A DNA stretch of 64,000 bases from Klebsormidium nitens. Lineage: Eukaryota > Plantae > Klebsormidiophyceae. Location: positions 62,001-126,000 of the forward strand of contig DF236966.1 of assembly GCA_000708835.1 (NCBI GenBank), given 5' to 3'. Positions 13,001 through 24,522 of the stretch are shown here, piece after piece (the first letter of the stretch is position 1; each line of letters opens with the position of its first letter). A program made the position numbers and the translations under genes. The notes under the pieces are model-generated. The model was given only the letters and a program-made list of their open reading frames with translations, did not search any database and was not told where the DNA came from.

Positions 13001-16000
13001 GAGGAGCCTCCCGCACGACCTGGTGGCTGCCCTTGAGGCCGCCGAGGCGGCAGAAGCTGCAGGTAATACGCTTTGCAAATGAACCTCGACCGATCGGGAA
13101 GAGGACGCTGTCGTACTTACTAAGCCGACTGTTTTGAAATCCGTCGAGTTGTATGCCCTTTAACTCCTACTTTCTTTTGTCTGTCCAATTTTGTCTTGAA
13201 GTGGGCAGCGTCGCCGCGCTACTTCAGACCTTCAGAAGACCTTCAGAAGAGGTTCTGGTTTTTGTTGCCTGTCAAATCCTGTCGTGGAGCAGGCAGCATC
13301 GCGATGGAATCGCGTTGTACAGGTTGTCTTTCTTGGTATGAGTGCTTGGCTTGGCTTCACGTATCCGATCACGTTGCGTAGCTGAATATGTTGCGTGATG
13401 ATCTGACCAACGTAGCAAGCAGGACCTCGCAATCTTTGAAGACTAGGCCACTCCTTTTGACATTGATTCTTGCCCAACCTTAGGTGAAGCGAACACAGGC
13501 GAGGCCGACGAGGGCGACCAATCTGAAGTCGAAGAGGACGGCGCATCTGAAGACGAGGACGAGGACTGGATGCCAGCCACCAAGCGGGCAAGGGTCGATC
13601 CTGAACTGCCAACACATGGTGAGTTGCTGTCCCCAGAGTTGCTTTAGAGGAACATGAACTTACGAACACAGTTTGTAAAAGAGACTGCAAACGATTGGGC
13701 GAGGACGTGCGCAGGCTGTCGTGCAACGTAATGAATGTCAACATCCAAATTCGACAATTTGATCAGACAATACGTAGCACTCGTTCACATCAGACCTGGT
13801 TACGGTGATAGACTGGCACGTATTTGGCCGGTCCAGAGATGTGCATGCGATTCTTAAGACGAGGAAACTCACGATGAGGAAACTCACGATGGATGTCTGC
13901 GCTCTGCCCGGAAAGGCCAGCAAGCTGCAGCGAAGCCGGATCCGGTCAGATGAAGTCGGTCAAGCGGACCCGGTCATGCGGAAAGCTCAACATGCATTGC
14001 TCCAATCTGCAGACCAGGCCTTCTGGCCTGGGGAGGCCGGCAAGCTGCAGGGCAAACGGAATCCGTTGAAGTGACTCCGGTCAAGTGGATCAAGCGGATC
14101 CGGGCAAGCGGAACCGGGCAAAGCGCAAATCTAACAATGCATTTCTCCCATTCTGCAGACCAGGCAATTCTGCGCGGGGAGAACGGCATGCTCCCAGCGA
14201 AGGCGGAAATCGGTCAGGCGGATTCTGGTCAGGCGGAAGAGCTCAAAATCTAACGATGTACTTCTCGCACTCTGCAGACCAGGCCTTTCTGCCCGGTGAG
14301 GCCGGCATGCTGCAGACCAAGCGGAACTCGATCGAACGGAACACGGTCAAGCGGAAACCTCACTTTGCATGTCTCCCTCTCTGCAGACCAGGCGTTTTTG
14401 CCCGGGGAGGCCGGCAAGCTGCAGGCCAAGCGGCGCAAGCTGAACCTGAAGCTGCGCAAGCTGCACCTCAACTTCCAGCTGTCCACCAAGGTGGTCAGAG
14501 AGACCGACGCGGAGATCAACGTCGTCCTGGGCCCGCTGACCAGGCTGACCAAGCGCCTCAAGTACCTGTGCGTCATCGCGCGCAACAAGTACTCCACGCA
14601 CGAGCTCAAGGAGGACTTCAAGGTCAGGCTCGAAGTCGGATTTTTCAGAGAGGGTCTTTGATCGATCCCTGAGCACCTGGACAGCCAGCATACGTATGCA
14701 AGCATCCCACGATCTAGATTGCTGTGGAGGAAGTCAGGGCATAGGCGTTGCTGCTAATGGAAGGTGAAGAGCGCGGGGTGTTCCTTAGCCTTGAGCATCT
14801 GTGCAAGTTCCTTGCGTCAATTCTGAGGTCTTTCCTCTTTCTCAAACGGAGACTTTAGACGAACATCTATCTTCGCGGAAAATACGCCTCTCAAAGTTTC
14901 GGCCTGAGTATTTGCTGCGCTATCATCGGCATTTCAACGCTTCTTCCACTCTTTGTGACCGTGGTCATATTCTCTAATCGCAGGCGGGCTTGGAGGAGAT
15001 GCAAGAGCTAGCCGGCAACAGCGGTGCACTTCAGGCGCAGGACCTTGACCTGCCCGTCTTCTGCATCTCATGTGAGAATCTCTATTTCTGTGTTCCTCTG
15101 TATATTTCTCCGGCGCAGGCGGTTACTCTGCCTTTCAAACCTGCTCTTGCATCAAAGGAGCCAACTGCACCTTTCGAAGCGGCTCCCAGGATGTACCAGA
15201 ATCCATTGCGCTTCTTGCGAGCAGAAAAGGGATGCCTTTTTGGACGAGAAAACCAGATGGTTGCGGATGCGTGCAAAGGCTGTTCAGTCTCAACGATCCA
15301 AAAAAAGCTGACGGCCGAAATAAGTTTAGTCTCCACCCGTCGGCTTCGCCACTCGTTGGCCGCAGAGCTTTCAATCGTCGCCCGTTCCGAGCGAGCTTCA
15401 GACAGCTCCCTTCATTATCGAAACCCTAAGCCTTTGCGTTCCCCTTATCCGCGCTCTGTTCTTCCCGACCACAGCTAAGGAGGCGCAGACCTTCTCCCGC
15501 ACGGCTCGGCGCAGTGGCAGCGCGCAGGTCTTCAGCAATGTTGAAGACACGGGCCTGCCACGGCTCCGGTCGTACCTGCACGATATCACTGGCAAGCAGC
15601 AGGTGGCGGGGGCCAAGCGCATGGCCACTGCTCTCACGGGCTACTTCGCCGGCATCTGCACTTACCTCAGGTGAGGCCTCTTTGCTTCATTTGTTTTTAA
15701 TAGCAGATTTGCTTCGTTTGCTTTTGATGGCAGATTGAGTGCCTTATCGAGGCAGCAGGTGTCCAAGCGAAGGGTCAAATTGCAGGAAGGAAGCGCAAAT
15801 CTAGACCTTAGGGTTTTATCAAAAGGACAAAGGATACTCGCTTGAGTATGTGTCTCTATTGTAATTTCTGACCAAAATCTGGTTTTCGCTGTTGGCTACC
15901 TTCAGGGGGCCTCCTGACAAACACGCTTCGAAAGTCACGCTTAAACACACCGATCCCGCCAGCCCCGTCTAAACAAGCACAACACTCGACGCCCCTCCGA

Positions 16001-19000
16001 AGCAGCGGCCACGACAACTTTCCGCAGCTAGGCTGGATATCACTGCAGACTCTTTCCTTCACCCCTTTCTGAAAGTCGTCCGCGTTCAAAGTCCGTTTTC
16101 GTCGCCGGGCAGAAGCTGTGCTCTGCGCCTGACCTGGCGAAATGCGCGAGCAGATTCATGTACAACCAAAACATCGTCAGGATCCTTTAGTCGGACGCGT
16201 CTCCCCGCTCTACCTTCAGCGACCGCTACGAAAGCTCTGCCGAAGATTCTCAGACTTCTGCGGTTTTTCCCATCTTTTCCTGCAGTGACGATGGCACGCT
16301 GGACAGCAAGGTGCGCGAGCCGACCCATACAGAATTGAACTCGGCAGCAGATTGCGTCGTGTGGCTCCGTCAGGAGATCACCACTGACAATAACGCTTTC
16401 TCTTTTCAACTGCAGCGACGACGGCACCCTGGACAGCGAGGTGCGCGAGCAGATCCGCGAGCTGTGCGAGCGCCACACGGGGCGGCTGGACGCGGAGGTT
16501 AAGGAGAAGTTGGCAGTGTCGAGCGGCAAACTGCAGGTATTTCCCAATCTGGTGAACAGGTAGCCCACTTGAAGCTTGTTGAAATTAACGTAGACCCTAA
16601 AATCGAAGGTTAGGGCTCCGCACCCAAACCCATCCTGACCACCTGACAAACCCTACTTGTGCCAGTCGCTGTTTACTGGCGAAAGTGTTTGCTGAATCGA
16701 TCCGTATAAGCTGCCGGCCATGTTTACGACGGACGATTCCACTCACTGTTTAATTGCGAAACTGTTTACTGACTTGAGCCGTGTAAGCTGCAGGCCATGT
16801 TCACGACGGACGAGATCCAGCCGCAGCTGCACGCCGGCGTCGAGGACGCAGTCAACCGGGCGGTCTCTACGGCGCGCAAGTGGGGCAACTCGGCGCGGGC
16901 GGACAACCCGGGGGACCGCGGGCTCCACTGGGCGACCTACAAGGTGGGCCGCGACGGGTTTTTGCCGGCTTTTCTCGGACGGGAATACTGTGGTGCTTGT
17001 CGAGAATGACTCTGCCCGTGGATCTTTCCATGCTTACATTTTTGTTGGGTGAAAGAAAGGCTTCTGTCAAAGTGCCGTCATCAGAGGGAGTCGCTTGACC
17101 ATGTCTAGAAGAAGTCGCCATTCGGAGGGCGAGGGACACAGTTGCGGGAAAGCCGGGGGAGGCCTCCGGCTAAACATGCGTTTTGGTAGGGCCAGAACAC
17201 GTGTGGCACACTTTATTCTGAAGCTACCTCGTATACCCCTGCGATGCAACTGCTGTCACCTTTGCGTCGAGTCCAACTTGTCGTTTCTCGTCCTTCAACT
17301 TACGAAATTGCAAGTTCAAAAGCCGCGACTGTGATGCAGGCTGCTGTCCGACCCGGCCGCTTTGGCATCTACACCTCCCGCACGGCTGGGCAGATTGACA
17401 TGAACGAGGCGCTGGCGAAGCCCATCCACAACAAAGTCTCAGTCGCCTGGTAAGTACCTTTCACTCCGAAACGCGTTTTCTTAACATACCTAGCTGTCAT
17501 GGATTGAGAGAATCAAAGGAAGACTTTCGTGAGCAGTACCCGATTGGCACGTATGCTAAGTTGCTGTCAACCTGGACAAACCAAAAGAAAATCGAAGGCT
17601 CACCTCCTGCGCCCTGCCCCATGAGACGGCGTCTGGCAATGCTGTCACCGACCTTTATTTGTTCAAACCGCATCCCTGCTTCTTATTCAGGACCCAACGA
17701 AAACCTCACGTTGTCGATTCAAACCCATCCTAAGACTCCTTTTGCCAACCTCTTCCTCAAATGCAACAACTTTTTGCGCAGGGACACGGTTATGAACAGC
17801 CGGGCCAAGGAGCATCTGCTGGAGTACCAGACGGAGGTATTGGGATCTCTCGGCGACTTTTGCAAGTAAGCCGTGTGACACTCCGAACACGCGCATAAGT
17901 CCACACTCTGGTTCCCCACGCAGGGCTCGAAAAGTACGAAGAACAAAAGAATAGGGTCTTCAACGATTCCGAATGAAGGGGTCTATTTGATCACCGGGTC
18001 GCTTGAGAAAGGAGAATCAGCCTCTGATTCGACTGGTCTCCTGAAAAGCATCACCTCATTCCCAGGTCCGTCTTGCTGAGCATTCTGGTGCTTTACAGAC
18101 TTGTTACGAAGCTGGCTACTCTCACCTTCAGTCTCGAAAAGACGTTCGTCTTAGTGCTCATTCGTTTCATCTTTTTCTCTTCGCTGCAGGGAACTGCGAA
18201 AGGTGTTGCTGGGCCTCGGTGTGGAAGAGCCGCGAATCCTCCGGGTTGAGAGGACGGTGAGGCATTGCCCGTAATCGTTGCTCTTGATTGAAAGACTTAT
18301 CTCAAGCTCTTACATTCTCTGCGAGGTCCTATCTTTCTGCACACAAGCAAGAGATTGTGTATAGGTCCTAGCTAGCGCCAAAAGCTTGCTAGTATGCTTA
18401 TCCAGTATAAGCGCATCGGCGATCGAACGCCACTGGCAGACTTTGGCCTTTGAACTTTGCTTACTGGACCTACTGCGCACGGCTCGCACCGTAATCTCGT
18501 TCGCAACCCTTCGTGCGCTTTTGGTCTGTGTGACCCTGACAAAGCGACTGAACGCCTAAAATGACGCTGGCATTATCGTGCATGCCGGCAGGCCGAGGTG
18601 GACTACACCGAGAAGCCGAGACCAAGACCAGCACGTTTTCTTCTTTTGCCCCACTTCGTACGCTTGCTAACGAAGTATTTTCAGGATGTGCGCCCTCAGA
18701 TAATCACCATAATTCATATGTACGCAATGGTGGGACTGACAAGGAAACTGCGTTAATAAAACAACGCTGACTTTATTGTATATGCCGGCAGGCGGAGGTG
18801 GACTACACCGAGAAGCTGGAGACCAAGATCGAGGAGGTGCTGAAGTTCATGGAGGAGCAGCAGCGGGACATCTCCCGGGCCCTCAACCCAGAGGTACGCC
18901 AAAGCTTACTCGTGATTGGTGCGGCCTTCTTCGGACGGTATTCGTTTTGGACGACCGATCCAGATGTCAATTTCGGACTGTGTGAGCCAGTCTCGGCTGC

Positions 19001-22000
19001 ACGAGCGCGTGTAATACGTGTCGTGCGCGGCTCGTCTCCTGGTGGTACTTCGAACGCGTCGTTTAAAGAAAGGATGCGCTCGAGCAACCGCAGACTGAGT
19101 CAGAACTGTTTCTTTTGCGGTCGATCTGCTGGATCGGGTCTTGATGCAAGTTGCTCATTTTCCGGGGGCGCCCCGTCTCTCCTCTCCTTCCTCGCCGGAC
19201 AGATCATCTTGCTAACGCTTTCTGGTGAACACTTTTGTTGACTATTCACTACAACATTCACACCTTTCAAGAGCTCTTCAAAGCAACAAGTGCCAGGAGG
19301 CCATCATTTGAACGGCTCGGACTTTCTTCTGCAACAGATCCAGGAGCGGATGAAGGACGCCTACATTGGCTGCACGGAAGAGCGGGGCTCAGGCTCGTTC
19401 AACCGCATGAAGGCAATCATGGAGAAACACGTCGAGTAAGCAAGCCGCTCCCTGGCACCTAGGTGACTGGAACTACTGCAGAATTAAGGCGCAATCTGCA
19501 GCGTCAAGTGGAAGCTGTCTGTCTGCTAACGATGTCCCCTCTGGGGGATGCTTGCAAGCGGTCCTCTGGCGTCAGCAGCCCAGCAATAGGCGGTACAGGG
19601 CGCCTTGAAATTGTGTGACGACATATGATTACCGAAACGGTCATTGAATACTTCTGCTTTCGCTTTCTCCAGCTCGGAGCGGCAGACCATGTTCGAGGAC
19701 GCTTCCGAGAGGATGCTGGCTGCCCTGGAGGACCTGGCTGTGCAGATCCGGGACATGACCGGCAAGATCACCGAGGGCCTCACCAAGACCCTCCAGCAGC
19801 ACTACGGTGAGCCTGCGCATTGTCTATCTCGGCTGCCGCTGTAAACCTTCGAACTTTAAAAACCCCCGCAAATATGAGAATCCAAACCGCAGATTCGCGT
19901 CCTGAGCTGCTTCGTGGAACAAATTTGTGCGCAACTGTCGTCTCGGCGGCCCCAAACTCGTAGGTATTCACTTATTGAACCACCTGGACATCACGCCCTG
20001 GCTGCTTCTATGACGACCCCGTGCTCGACCTGTCAACTAGGTTTGTTTGCTTCTCTGTACACGCTTGCATTTCGCGCACATAAGCTTTTTCTCGTCAGAT
20101 TCCTCGGATGTTGGCTGAGATCGTCAAAGTCCTCAGAATGTCAGTTCGCACAGTTTATGTCTCGCGTGATCGCCTTCCAGGCTGCTTCTAGGCTGACCCC
20201 GTACTCGACATTTTCATGAGTTCCTCATTCAAAGTCCTTAAAAGGTCAAGTCTCACATATTTTGAACACTCCTAAACCCACGCCAAGGCTGCATCTAGGA
20301 GGACCCCGAGCTCAACCTGTCTTAGTCACCGCCGGCAACCTTCAAAGCCCCAATCCGCATAAACCCGCAACTCTGTTAGGTCCACCCTTGCACTCTGCTT
20401 CTGGATCTTCTTTGTGGCGGAACAGCCACGCTTCAAACGCAAAGTTTGACTTGGCTATTGACTACCGACCACAAACCCTACCCCGCAAATTCGCGAACCT
20501 CAATCTTGAATCCCAGGCTGCCTCTGTGACGACCGGGCTGTGCTCGACCTATCTCGGATGCCGCCTGAGATCCTCAAAGTCCCTCAAAAGTCCTTCCGAA
20601 GTCGGTTCACAGAACTTTTGTAACACTCATCTTTCCACTCCAGGCTGCTCCCATAACGACCCCGTGCTCGACTTGTCTCTCCCAGTCCTTTCTCCTCTCA
20701 AAGTCCCTCAGAGTCCATCCAAAGTCAGTCCACACAAACCTTCAAACACTGGCAACCCCACTCCAGGCTGCTTCTGGGACGACCCAGTGCTCGACCTGGC
20801 CGGCCGCAACGCCGCGGCCGCGGACCTGAGCATCATCTGCAAGCAGGCCGACGCGGTGTGCGCAGTCGCGGGCGTTGCGCCGCAGCCGTGGTCCATCGTG
20901 CCCCGTACAGCGCCCGAGCCAAAGCCCCGAGCGGTGCCAAAGCCGAAGGCCGAGCCCGGCAGCACTGCCACCAGCAAGGTGAGAGAAAATGCCCATCCTG
21001 GTTATTTAGCCCGCGCTCAGAACCTTTATACTCTCAAGCTCTTAGAACCCGTATAGTTTCAAACCTGAAGTTTGGTCCATCGCGCCCCGCAAAGCGCCCG
21101 AGCCCGAAGCCCCGAGCGGTGCCCAAACCGAAGGCCGAGCCCGGCACCACCGCCATTAGCAAGGTGAGAGAGTGGTTACTTACCTGGTTAAGCAACCCGC
21201 GCTTAAAACCCTTTTCACTTAGAACCCCAAGTATGGCCATATCGCGCCCCGGAAAGCGCCCCAGCCGAAGCCCAGAGCGGTGCCAAAGCCGAAGACCGAG
21301 CCCAAATCAGCACCGACACCAGCAAAGTCAGAAGGAAGCTAAGCTACCTGGTTAAGCAAGGAGCGGTACATGTACTCGACGCTTGATGTTTTGAGGTCTG
21401 ATTAGCCGGACCCGAGCCACAAATCGTCGTCTTCTGACGCACATCTACTTTGGGGCGCTTACATGGACAAATTCCCTTTGGTTGTTGATTGTTACGGTTC
21501 GTCGTCTTGCGGACACTGTCCATTCAACAAGTGTAGATTCGCTCCAGTCGACCGGCGACCGGTAAAAAGCCAACAAGAATCTTGGTCCATTGTGCCCATC
21601 GTACTTGACTGCGAAATGCAGGAGAGTCGCAGTTTTATCGAGCTCTTTACATGATATTAGGCTGACCTGAAGCATGCTTGCGCTTTTGACAGAGATCAAA
21701 ACGTTTTGCAATTGAAATGAGATCCCGTGCTGCTGAACCTGTCACCGTGCTGGCACGCAATGCTGCTATGTGATGCATTGTTCAAAACATTTGAGTCGTC
21801 TTTTCGCAGTATGCTGCCTGGAGCCTTACTCGACCCGAGGACTTCGACTCCGATGATGAAGAGAGCGACGATGACGAAGAGTCGGAGGAGAACGACCCAA
21901 CGACGCGGGTAAAGAAAGCGTCCTTCCTTTTTCTCAATTGACTCTTTTTGTAATTGCAATTGAGGTTGTCGAAACTAGACTAGAACGTACTTTTCATGAC

Positions 22001-23236
22001 CAGGAAAGGGAAGAGGCCAAGTTCTGGCCAAAGATTGCACCTGCTTATGCGGTCAGCGGAGCCGCCGGGGTCCCTATGAATAATTTTGTAACTGGACACA
22101 GTCCCACTGGACTTTCAGGACGGCACGGATGCCGGACACTCAAGAAAGTCATTTTAGGATGCTAGCTATTGTTGCTGGGCTTTTTGGAAGTTGTGTCAGC
22201 TAGACAGGAAGGTTCAAGTGCGGGTGCAATATGGTTTCCTCTGGAGCTTGCTCCTCCGGCATCAGTAAATGCTATTCAGTGAACATTCACAGGGTTATTC
22301 TGCTCTGTCTACTCTTACCTCCGACCTTGGACACGACCTTGTCGATTTGAGTCAGCCTACTGGTTGCTCGACGTTTTCATAATCTCGTCTCCCACCCCCA
22401 CTTATTGATGGTGACCAATTGTGTGCACTATAAGAGGCCTCCGAGCCCGGAGCTCGACGACGACGACGAAGAGGACGACGACGAAGAGGAGGAAGAGAAC
22501 AATCATTCGGTACGTGTACAATCTGTCGCTTTTACTCTGCTATTCTCCATTTTTCAAGCCCCCTCGAGAAGCTGGAGATCCTCAGAATTCAAAAAAGCCG
22601 ACGGTTCGGGTGGAGCGAATGCCAGCCAAACGTGAGCACAATCCTGTTTGGAATTGCCTTGGTAATCTGCAATCCATGCCGTAGATTTGAGGTAGTCTTA
22701 AAGAAGATTGATTGTACAGCATGAGGCGCCAGAGCCGCCACCTGGTTGTTGAGACACCGATTGAACAAGATTGGTGCGCGAATGCAAGTACGGCTGCGGG
22801 CCTTTCGCTTACCGATTGGTTTTCCCTGCAGAGTAGACCAGGTCATGAGCAGAATGTGGTATATTTCTGCTGATTAGTGTTGTTCAAACCGACCCAGTGC
22901 TTTTTCCTAAGACCTCGCACAGTCCGTTCCTTGTAGATCATGAACAAACTTTTTCTCCTTGACCTAGGGAAGGCTTTGAGTTGCAGAGTTTCCAACCCTT
23001 ACTTGCTTTATGCATGTAGCAGTACAGCGTTTTTTAAAAGTGGAAAATCCTGGCAGCCATGGGTTCTGATCTCTCGCTTCTTCCTACAGCCCACGTGTCA
23101 CGTGGACTTTTGCGTGGAGTGCAACGAGTGCCACCATTGCGAAGGCTACGATTGTGACGGCAACGATTACGAAGATGACGAACTCAACGAGGACGAAGAC
23201 GAGGAGGATGAAGACGAGGATCAATCGATTTACTGA
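7027..23236 (+). CDS. Large multi-exon dynamin-superfamily GTPase of the NUGGC/SLIP-GC type, with SAM-like N-terminal region and acidic Cys/His tail
   Basis: Exons spell G1 IGVIGDTGAGKSSLINA (9102-9238), G2 GMRACTA (from 9479), WPLVK...IIVDL/PGVRDANAAR (G3, about 10731-11109) and G4 FICTKVDD (about 11886-11997). Later exons give LKYLCVIARN, LPVFCISS, DTGLPRLR, GLHWATYK, EQQRDISR, RGSGSFNRMK. Start (7027) and the three terminal phase-0 exons (21810-21908, 22435-22509, 23090-23236) are less certain. Confidence 0.85.
13901..14386 (+). repeat. Four decayed tandem copies of the acceptor plus start of the GTPase exon at 14387
   Basis: ctgcag|accaggc...ggggaggccggcaagctgcag recurs with AG ending at 14012, 14158 and 14277, plus a partial copy at 13901. 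Confidence 0.9.
19995..20766 (+). repeat. At least five decayed copies of the acceptor plus start of the GTPase exon at 20767
   Basis: (cag)gctgcttct..gacgaccccgtgctcgac variants at about 19995, 20175, 20277, 20511 and 20635; spacers also homologous (ctcaaagtcc...). Confidence 0.85.
20890..21340 (+). repeat. Three tandem copies of exon end plus donor (true donor after 20978; copies after 21163 and 21326)
   Basis: gagcggtgccaaagccgaaggccgagccc...agcaag|gtgagaga repeated with periods of about 185 and 163 bp. Confidence 0.85.
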
Positions 23237-24252
23237 ACCTGTATCACAAGCACCGTTGGTCGAGTCCTTAGAGTTGTCAATATGTTTAAGATTGTACTTC
23301 ATAGGTCTCTGGATTTGACATGGTACAATACATAAAGCAGGGCCCTATAAATAGCTAGGACAAGCAGACGTGGTGTGTGCGTTAGCTGCTTCGTGTCATG
23401 GGTTGTATGACACTTCTTGTGTATGGTAGGGAGCCGTTGAGCGTACCTTTGGAAAAAAAGCAGACCCGTTATATAACGTACACATGCTGACGAAATCTGC
23501 GAACAGACGCTCAAGTTTATTATTGCATTCGAAGGATCCACTGGATCCTTTTATCGCTTAATTCTTGGAGAAAGGCCTGATCCGGCTTTGTATGGAAAAT
23601 AAACACCATGGAGGATTTGAAAATGCTCGGTTGTTCGCGACGAGCTTTCTGGACTGATCGCAAATCACAGCACTTTCGAATGCAGTTAAAGAGGAGCCTC
23701 AATAACATTCTCCCAATGCGTAGGTCCTCATGTTTGGTTTGGTAGTACCAGTTGTTTGATGCACATTTCAGATGCTTCGGCTTGGCAAGGATCGTTAGAA
23801 TGCGGGATTCCAGAGTGATGTTCCGATTGTACGGATGTTTGGGGCCCTACCCTCCAGCAATGCAATCTAATCATTGAATAAGGCGTTGGTCATGCTCGTG
23901 GCTTGCCATGCATCTACTGTACTGTACCATGTATAAGCGCGGCTCCAATCTGCCTTGTTGCGCATGCGTGTCCAGAATATTAAGCCACGAGCTGAATAGG
24001 ACAAGGCACAGTCGTCGGACCTTGACGCGTCTTGATGTACTAAGACAGCTAGCTTCAAGGCGGTGCGCACATATGTTAGGTTCAACGGGTCGACTGCCTC
24101 GGGCAATAATTGCAGCTAGCTAGAGCCGGACTAGCTCCGATGCTGACTTTTTGTCCATCTCAGTCTAACGTAAATGAGCCTGGCTTGAGCTCCGAGTCCT
24201 CAAGGAGTCTTCTTCTGCTTTTCAACCACATGGTGGCCTGTCTCCAGACCTA

Positions 24253-24522
24253 AGACTGGTGCGCCCTATTTCGGATGTTTTCGATTCCGGACGGGCAAAG
24301 TTCGATCCGATTTTCGGACGTGTAAAACCAGAGTTTCACTCGGTGAAATTGCAGTCGATTCGATACCCTTTTATTGCCAGATCGAAAAGTGGCCACGTCA
24401 TCAACCCGCGTTTCGATTCGCGATTAAAAAGCTATCGAACAGACTGCATTTACCCGTCCGAAAATCGGATCGAACTTTGCCCGTCCGGGATCGAAAACAT
24501 CCGAAATAGGGCGCACCAGTCT
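24253..24522. mobile_element. MITE / foldback element, 270 bp, near-perfect terminal inverted repeats of about 68 bp, flanked by TA on both sides
   Basis: 24253-24320 agactggtgcgccctatttcggatg...ttttcggacg is the reverse complement (one mismatch) of 24455-24522. TA at 24251-52 and 24523-24. No coding capacity. Confidence 0.8.

Noticed and set aside
17239-17260. Additional weak echoes (also about 12341-12361, 27663-27686, 35390-35417)
   Set aside because: Matches of 15-23 nt cannot be distinguished from chance by eye; not counted.
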